A DNA stretch of 44,020 nucleotides from Patescibacteria group bacterium (lineage in GTDB: Bacteria; Patescibacteriota; Microgenomatia; Levybacterales; UBA12049), in the NCBI GenBank assembly GCA_036381535.1, contig DASVCQ010000047.1, positions 1 to 44,020 on the forward strand, in the 5' to 3' direction. The notes below the pieces were generated by a model. It had not been told where the DNA came from and did no database searches. It saw only the letters and a list, made by a program, of their open reading frames with translations. Positions 39,167 to 44,020 of this stretch are shown one piece after another (position 1 is the stretch's first letter; each line of letters opens with the position of its first letter). Made by a program: the position numbers and the translations under genes.

Positions 39167-39529
39167 ATGGATAAAGGTAATAAAGGTTACCATAAATTAA
39201 TTGTGTGGCAAAGAGCAAAACAGTTGATTGTACTTGTCTATAAAAATACCGATTCCTTTCCAAAATCAGAAGAATTTGGTTTGAAGGGACAATTAAGAAG
39301 GGCGGTTGTATCTGTAGCTTTGACAATTGTTGAGGGTTATAGAAGAAGCAGTAGACGTGATTTTCTTCATTTTCTTAATATTGCTGAAGCGTCCTTGGCT
39401 GAAGTGGAAGCAGCACTTGAGATTTCTCTAGATTTAGAATTTTTCAAAATAGATGCTTACAATCAAATCGAAGAAAAGCGTAGGGAGGTTGCTTATTTAT
39501 TACATCAATTAATAAAAAGCCTTAAATAA
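39167..39529 (+). CDS. Four-helix-bundle protein (23S rRNA intervening-sequence protein / Avd-like family)
   Basis: YHKLIVWQRAKQLIVLVYKNTDSFPKSEEFGLKGQLRRAVVSVALTIVEGYRR... FLNIAEASLAEVE is the family signature. Confidence 0.85.
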   Translation: MDKGNKGYHKLIVWQRAKQLIVLVYKNTDSFPKSEEFGLKGQLRRAVVSVALTIVEGYRRSSRRDFLHFLNIAEASLAEVEAALEISLDLEFFKIDAYNQIEEKRREVAYLLHQLIKSLK

Positions 39530-39541
39530 TCTAGCCTTTTG

Positions 39542-39577
39542 TTTCCTTTGTCTCCTCTGTCCCTTCCGTCTCCTTTG
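39542..39577. repeat. 4 x 9-mer array TCNCCTTTG downstream of the four-helix-bundle gene, related to the 17716-17805 element
   Basis: TTTCCTTTG TCTCCTCTG TCCCTTCCG TCTCCTTTG. The reverse complement aligns 26/39 with 17716-17754, in the same 9-nt register. Confidence 0.7.
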
Positions 39578-39584
39578 GCCCTTT

Positions 39585-40286
39585 TTATTCTATTGTAATA
39601 CTTGTCATCTTATCCCCGATTGCAATTTTTTTAACCACATCCATACCAGATGTTACTATTCCAAAAATTGTATAAGCATGAGGCAAAGTGTTGTTGTCAG
39701 CAAGCATTATAAAGAATTGGCTGCCATTTGTATTCGGGCCACGATTGGCCATAGCAACAACTCCTTCTTTGTAACCGATTTTATAGGACGGCGTATTTGG
39801 GTCTAATTCATCTTCAAATGTATCTCCATAAATAGATCTGCCACCGGTCCCGTCTCCATTCGGATCTCCTCCCTGTATCACAAATCCAGGCTCAACTCTA
39901 TGAAAAGTAAGTCCGTCATAGTAGCCTTTTTTGGCAAGTGTTGCAAAATTGGTAACAGTTTTTGGCGCGTCTTTTGGATATAGCTCGATTACGATATCTC
40001 CTTTTTCTGTATGAATTGCTGCTTGGGTTGCAGTATTTACCCACTCAGACTGTGGGTAAAGCAGATTGATAGGAGTTGGAGAAGGCTGCTGTGCCTGTGT
40101 ATTTTTCTTTTGATTTTGATTGAAAAAATCAAGCTCTGGAGTGGGTGTTGGACTTGGAGCATTTCCAAGCAGAGTATTTATATCTTGGGTTGAATTGTCA
40201 GGAGAGGGAAGCGTCTTTGACAAAAGAAAAATTCCTGAAATTACTCCCACTGCAATAACAATAACAAATAAGAGGAATTTTTCCAT
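39585..40286 (-). CDS. Membrane-anchored cyclophilin-type peptidyl-prolyl cis-trans isomerase
   Basis: FHRVEPGFVIQGGDPNGDGTGGRSIYG and GVVAMANRGPNTNGSQFFI. ATG at 40286 gives an N-terminal signal anchor; the track start at 40328 is a TTG. Confidence 0.9.
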   Translation of the reverse strand: MEKFLLFVIVIAVGVISGIFLLSKTLPSPDNSTQDINTLLGNAPSPTPTPELDFFNQNQKKNTQAQQPSPTPINLLYPQSEWVNTATQAAIHTEKGDIVIELYPKDAPKTVTNFATLAKKGYYDGLTFHRVEPGFVIQGGDPNGDGTGGRSIYGDTFEDELDPNTPSYKIGYKEGVVAMANRGPNTNGSQFFIMLADNNTLPHAYTIFGIVTSGMDVVKKIAIGDKMTSITIE

Positions 40287-40336
40287 AATTATACTATGGA
40301 TTTTAGCTTCAAATCTATTTTTTTTCAACTGCTAAT

Positions 40337-40365
40337 TTGACAAAATCTTTTAAGGGATGTATATA
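40337..40365 (+). promoter_or_regulatory. Promoter TTGACA-17-TATATA, 11 nt before the ATG at 40377
   Basis: Hexamers at 40337-40342 and 40360-40365. Confidence 0.5.
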
Positions 40366-40376
40366 TATAACAATTT

Positions 40377-40811
40377 ATGGTAGAAAAAGGTGGATTAGGG
40401 ATGGGTATGGGAGCTAGTGCCGGTATATCAACCGGGGGATCCTTTAGTGGAATGGGCGGTGCAAGAGGTGGATTTTCTCGTGGTGGAAGCTTGAGCGTTG
40501 CAAGAGGGGAAGGTTTGGGACATGGCCCTTCTCTTAGTGGTGTAAGTAGGGAAAGTGGACCTCTAGTTGGGAGTTCTAATTTTCCTGGTAGGAGGCTAGG
40601 GTCAAATAGGGGGTTTGAATCAACGGGTTCAGAAGGTTTTGCAAGAGATAGAACTAATACGTTTATTTCCCCATTCCAGCGTTCTCAGGGCATTCCTATG
40701 GAGTCTGCTCCTGTGATGCTTGTTGACGCAGCATCAGGAGGCGAAGATGATGAGAGAAAAAGAATAGAAGAATTGCGTCGCAAACTAGAAGATTTGGCAA
40801 GGGCGATATAA
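40377..40811 (+). CDS. Hypothetical Gly/Ser/Arg-rich (RGG-like) protein with a C-terminal charged helix
   Basis: 144-aa ORF, visibly more GC-rich than its surroundings. TTGACA-17-TATATA promoter upstream. Low complexity (GGARGGFSRGGS...). Confidence 0.4.
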   Translation: MVEKGGLGMGMGASAGISTGGSFSGMGGARGGFSRGGSLSVARGEGLGHGPSLSGVSRESGPLVGSSNFPGRRLGSNRGFESTGSEGFARDRTNTFISPFQRSQGIPMESAPVMLVDAASGGEDDERKRIEELRRKLEDLARAI

Positions 40812-40866
40812 TAGACTATTTTTAGGGACATATTTAAAACTTCTTCTTTTCCCCAGTCTTAAAATA

Positions 40867-40875
40867 TGGTACAAT
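40867..40875 (+). promoter_or_regulatory. Extended -10 promoter TGgTACAAT for fusA (about 100-nt structured leader)
   Basis: TG at 40867-40868, TACAAT at 40870-40875. Confidence 0.45.
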
Positions 40876-40980
40876 ATCAATAAGTCAAAATTCAAAGGTC
40901 AAAAAGCAAAATCGTTTTTTGAACTTAAGACTTATTAATTATACTTTTGAATTTTGATTTTTTACTTTTTAATTTATTTT

Positions 40981-43089
40981 ATGGCTGATACAGGTGCAAG
41001 ACATGCAGAACTAGACAAAATCCGAAATATAGGTATTATTGCGCATATTGACGCAGGCAAAACCACAACAACCGAGCGTATTCTTTACTACACAGGAAAA
41101 TCCTACAAAATAGGAGACATTGATGAGGGAAATACTCAAATGGACTGGATGGAGCAGGAAAGAGAGCGCGGAATTACTATCGTGTCTGCTGCAACCACTA
41201 CTTTTTGGAAAGACTACAGAATTAATATTATTGATACCCCAGGCCACGTTGACTTTACAGCCGAAGTTGAGCGCTCACTCAGAGTCCTAGACGGAGGTAT
41301 TACAGTTCTTGATGCAGAAGAAGGAGTTCAGTCACAGTCTGAGACTGTATGGAGACAGGCAGATAAATACAAAGTACCAAGAATTTGTTTTGTTAACAAA
41401 ATGGACAAGCTTGGTGCAGACTTTTTGCATACAGTGAAGACTATCGAGGACAGACTAGGTGCAAATCCTGCTATTATGGTACTTCCAATCGGCTCTGAAA
41501 ATACATATGAGGGGAATGTAGATCTTCTCACAAGAAAAGCAATTCGTTGGGGTGGAGATGAATTAGGGGCAAAATTTGATGTAACAGATGATATTCCTGA
41601 GGACATGAAAGCACAAGTTGAGGAATATCGCCAAAAATTGGTTGAAAAAATTGCTGAGACAGATGATTCACTTCTGGAAAAGTATTTAGGTGGGGAAGAA
41701 ATTAGTGTTGAAGAATTAAAGAAAGCACTTCGTGCAGCAGTTATTGCTTATAAATTAGTCCCAATTTATGCAGGTACTTCTCTGAGAAATAAAGGAGTAC
41801 AGCCACTTCTAGATGCTGTTATTGATTATCTTCCATCTCCTGTTGATTTGGATGAAGTTAAAGGTCTCAATCCAAAAACAGAAGAAGAAGAAGTGAGAAA
41901 ATTAGTCCCTGAAGAAAAATTGTGTGGACTAGCCTTTAAAATCCAAATTGACCCACACGTTGGAAAAATTACATATTTTAGAGTTTATTCAGGAAAAGTA
42001 GAAGCAGGAAGCTACATTTATAATGCAACAAAAGGAATAACAGAGCGTGTAGGACGAATTCTTCTTATGCATGCAAATAACCGTGAAGAAATTAAGGAAG
42101 CATATGCAGGAGAAATCGTCGCACTTGTTGGTCTTAAAGATACAATCACAGGAGATACACTTTGTGATGAAAAGTCTCCAATTGTTTTGGGTAAAATTAC
42201 ATTCCCTGAGCCTGTTATTTCTCTAGCAATTGAACCTCAAAGTAAAGCAGATCAGGAAAAATTGGGATTTGCACTTAAAAGACTCACAGAAGAAGATCCA
42301 ACATTCCAAGTAAAGACCAATCATGAAACCAACCAAACCATTATTTCAGGAATTGGCGAGCTTCAGCTTGAAATTATGGTAGACCGCATGAAGCGGGAAT
42401 TTGGAGTCTCAGCCAATGTCGGAGCACCACAAGTTGCATACAAAGAAACAATCGGTAAATTAACAGAAGGTGAAGGAAAATACATTCGCCAGTCCGGAGG
42501 ACGTGGACAATACGGACATTGTTGGCTCAGACTTGAACCAAAGCCAAGAGGAGAGGGCAATGAATTTGTTAACGCAATTAAAGGAGGAGCAATCCCTGCA
42601 GAATTCGTTATTTCTATTCAAAAAGGAGTTAAAGAAACAGAAGAAAATGGAGTACTTCTTGGATATCCTGTTGTTGATGTAAAAGTAACAGTCTATGACG
42701 GATCTTTCCATGAGGTTGATTCCTCTGATATGGCATTTAAGATTGCTGCTTCTATGGCTTTCCAGGCTGCATCCAAAAAAGGTGATATGCAACTTCTAGA
42801 GCCTATCATGAAGGTTGAAGTTACAACTCCTTCTGAATTTATGGGAGATATTATTGGAGATTTGTCTTCAAAACGTGCTCAAATTATGGGTACAGAGGAA
42901 AGAAGTCGTGCGACAATTGTTAATGCAATGGTTCCACTTGCCGAGCTTTCAGGATATGCAACCCAGCTTAGAAGTATGTCACAAGGAAGAGCATCTTACT
43001 ACATGGAACCTTCACACTATGAAGTTGTACCTCAAAATATTGTCCAGGGTCTCCTTGCCAAATCCACATTTACAGGTAGAGTAGAGTAA
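40981..43089 (+). CDS. fusA: Elongation factor G
   Basis: [38 protein letters not shown] and full EF-G domains II-V. Start at MADTGARH (40981); the track start at 40954 adds an implausible hydrophobic leader. Confidence 0.97.
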   Translation: MADTGARHAELDKIRNIGIIAHIDAGKTTTTERILYYTGKSYKIGDIDEGNTQMDWMEQERERGITIVSAATTTFWKDYRINIIDTPGHVDFTAEVERSLRVLDGGITVLDAEEGVQSQSETVWRQADKYKVPRICFVNKMDKLGADFLHTVKTIEDRLGANPAIMVLPIGSENTYEGNVDLLTRKAIRWGGDELGAKFDVTDDIPEDMKAQVEEYRQKLVEKIAETDDSLLEKYLGGEEISVEELKKALRAAVIAYKLVPIYAGTSLRNKGVQPLLDAVIDYLPSPVDLDEVKGLNPKTEEEEVRKLVPEEKLCGLAFKIQIDPHVGKITYFRVYSGKVEAGSYIYNATKGITERVGRILLMHANNREEIKEAYAGEIVALVGLKDTITGDTLCDEKSPIVLGKITFPEPVISLAIEPQSKADQEKLGFALKRLTEEDPTFQVKTNHETNQTIISGIGELQLEIMVDRMKREFGVSANVGAPQVAYKETIGKLTEGEGKYIRQSGGRGQYGHCWLRLEPKPRGEGNEFVNAIKGGAIPAEFVISIQKGVKETEENGVLLGYPVVDVKVTVYDGSFHEVDSSDMAFKIAASMAFQAASKKGDMQLLEPIMKVEVTTPSEFMGDIIGDLSSKRAQIMGTEERSRATIVNAMVPLAELSGYATQLRSMSQGRASYYMEPSHYEVVPQNIVQGLLAKSTFTGRVE

Positions 43090-43098
43090 ATTTTATCT

Positions 43099-43124
43099 GT
43101 CATCCTGAACTTGGTTTAGGATCT
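43099..43124 (+). repeat. Hairpin element GTCATCCTGAACTTGGTTTAGGATC, a variant of one half of the alaS element
   Basis: Same 25-nt skeleton as 25835-25859 (GTCATCC-N13-GGATC), 18/25 identical, with stem changes that keep the pairing. Confidence 0.6.
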
Positions 43125-43130
43125 ATATTT

Positions 43131-43152
43131 ACCGCCACGAGGCGGTTTTTTT
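43131..43152 (+). terminator. Rho-independent terminator after fusA
   Basis: ACCGCC-ACGA-GGCGGT stem-loop followed by T7. Confidence 0.8.
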
Positions 43153-43279
43153 ATTTCTCAGAGCAAAAGATCTAAATTTATTTTTTGTTCTTTTTTTTCG
43201 CAAAAGAAGCAAAACTCTCGTCTATTCTTGCTCGTGCTTCAGTTTAGTAATACTAAAATATCTATCTAGATTTTCTTTC

Positions 43280-43308
43280 TTGACACTGACACTGGGTTTT
43301 TCTATTCT
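43280..43308 (+). promoter_or_regulatory. Promoter TTGACA-17-TATTCT, 6 nt before the ATG at 43315
   Basis: Hexamers at 43280-43285 and 43303-43308. Confidence 0.5.
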
Positions 43309-43314
43309 TAATAT

Positions 43315-43689
43315 ATGGAGCCGCAGAAATTAGTCAACCGTACTGTAAATATTGTCGCAACAACTATAGTTGCACTTTCAGGTTTTGCCTTTGTTCCTGA
43401 AGCATTTTTAGAGACAGAAACGCCTTTTAAAATAGATGAAATTCTGCTTTTTTGGCTTGGAATTGGATTACTTGGGTGGTATCTTTGGGGCAAAAATAAG
43501 TGGAAAAGGTCTATTCTTCCTGTCCTTGCAGTTTGGCTTGCCTTTTCCTTTAAGATAATGGCACTTGTTGTAGAATTTAAAGACAAAGAAGATGTTGGGG
43601 ATGATTTCGGAGCACTTATTCTCTTTCTTTTGGCAAGTCTTTTAGTTACTTATCTTTATGTAAAGGCAAAAAAAATGCTCAGTAAATAA
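43315..43689 (+). CDS. Hypothetical integral membrane protein (124 aa, about 4 TM helices)
   Basis: Hydrophobic helices. TTGACA-17-TATTCT promoter ending 6 nt before the ATG. Confidence 0.5.
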   Translation: MEPQKLVNRTVNIVATTIVALSGFAFVPEAFLETETPFKIDEILLFWLGIGLLGWYLWGKNKWKRSILPVLAVWLAFSFKIMALVVEFKDKEDVGDDFGALILFLLASLLVTYLYVKAKKMLSK

Positions 43690-43956
43690 TTATTTGCCTT
43701 TTCTCCTTTTTAATTCTCTAACCGCTTGCAAGAAATCTATTGGGAAGTCTGCTCCATCCGAGCTTTCTCTATGGACCTTATTGAGGAAATCAGTTACTTC
43801 TCCTGGAGTTGTTGGTTCAACAAATACTACATCCCTTCCTGTTGTAGATCTCATTATTGCAGCTTTAAGTTTGCCAACATCTGTTGGATAAGTTGGCTCT
43901 GCTCCATTTTCTCCTAATTTAATGCCATTTGGTCTTGGCTCTTTGTCGCGAGGCAT
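43690..43956 (-). CDS. Hypothetical small protein (88 aa)
   Basis: ORF with a TTGAAT-16-TATAAT promoter 10 nt upstream (minus strand). No family recognised. Confidence 0.4.
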   Translation of the reverse strand: MPRDKEPRPNGIKLGENGAEPTYPTDVGKLKAAIMRSTTGRDVVFVEPTTPGEVTDFLNKVHRESSDGADFPIDFLQAVRELKRRKGK

Positions 43957-43966
43957 AATGTATCTT

Positions 43967-43994
43967 ATTATAATCTTTAAGGAAGTAAATTCAA
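43967..43994 (-). promoter_or_regulatory. Promoter TTGAAT-16-TATAAT, 10 nt before the ATG at 43956
   Basis: Minus-strand hexamers at 43989-43994 and 43967-43972. Confidence 0.45.
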
Positions 43995-44020
43995 GTAATC
44001 AAAAATTAGTCGGGGATCCA

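Noticed and set aside
39167-39529. Diversity-generating retroelement, suggested by the Avd-like four-helix-bundle gene.
   Set aside because: The window contains no reverse transcriptase and no template/variable repeat pair. The family also occurs independently of DGRs.
43090-43314. Expected tuf gene, tRNA or other RNA gene downstream of fusA.
   Set aside because: The region contains only a hairpin repeat, a strong terminator and a promoter. No tRNA-like T-arm or acceptor pattern and no EF-Tu ORF was seen.
43948-43975. A dif-like XerC/D site (GCGAGGCATAA-TGTATC-TTATTATAATC versus E. coli GGTGCGCATAA-TGTATA-TTATGTTAAAT, 19/28 identical).
   Set aside because: Only the AT-rich inner arms match. 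The sequence overlaps the start codon and -10 box of ORF 43690..43956, which already explain it, and the outer arms are not conserved.
1-44020. Alternative genetic code (UGA recoding, as in some CPR lineages).
   Set aside because: All long conserved genes (rpoB, rpoC, pnp, fusA, alaS) are uninterrupted under the standard bacterial code, and their ends align with the expected protein termini.

Overview
This window is a low-GC, tightly packed bacterial fragment read in the standard genetic code. About 80% of it is core information-processing genes. In order they are: dnaJ (3' end), nusA-infB, rpsO-pnp, RNase J, ftsK, mltG, alaS, rpoB-rpoC-rpsL-rpsG and fusA. Several traits point to a reduced Patescibacteria/CPR-like genome, though this is inference only. 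These are a minimal IF-2, an AlaRS lacking the C-Ala domain, an archaeal-type AMP phosphorylase, a queuosine-salvage (DUF2419) gene, many Nudix/HIT enzymes, a four-helix-bundle (23S-IVS/Avd-like) gene and a sortase. I found no rRNA, tRNA, CRISPR array, transposase, integrase or recognisable defence system. The unexplained signal falls into two groups. (a) Small structured repeats: a compound palindromic element inserted in frame in alaS, with a compensatory-variant copy after fusA; inverted arrays of 9-mers after ftsK and around the four-helix-bundle gene; tandem heptamers in four spacers; and CAATTTTCA inverted-repeat spacers. (b) Gene-level oddities: a 21-nt direct repeat bracketing an orphan gene at the dnaJ stop; an orphan/orphan/2H-phosphoesterase block; a membrane-anchored Clp/Hsp100 paralogue with a dead first ATPase module; a catalytically dead NrnA-like protein; an FtsA-like/TM/surface fusion coupled to a sortase; and a 3.6-kb insertion splitting rpsG from fusA. 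A consistent promoter geometry, with the -10 box 6-7 nt before the ATG, suggests widespread leaderless mRNAs. All family calls come from motif recognition by eye and need database confirmation.
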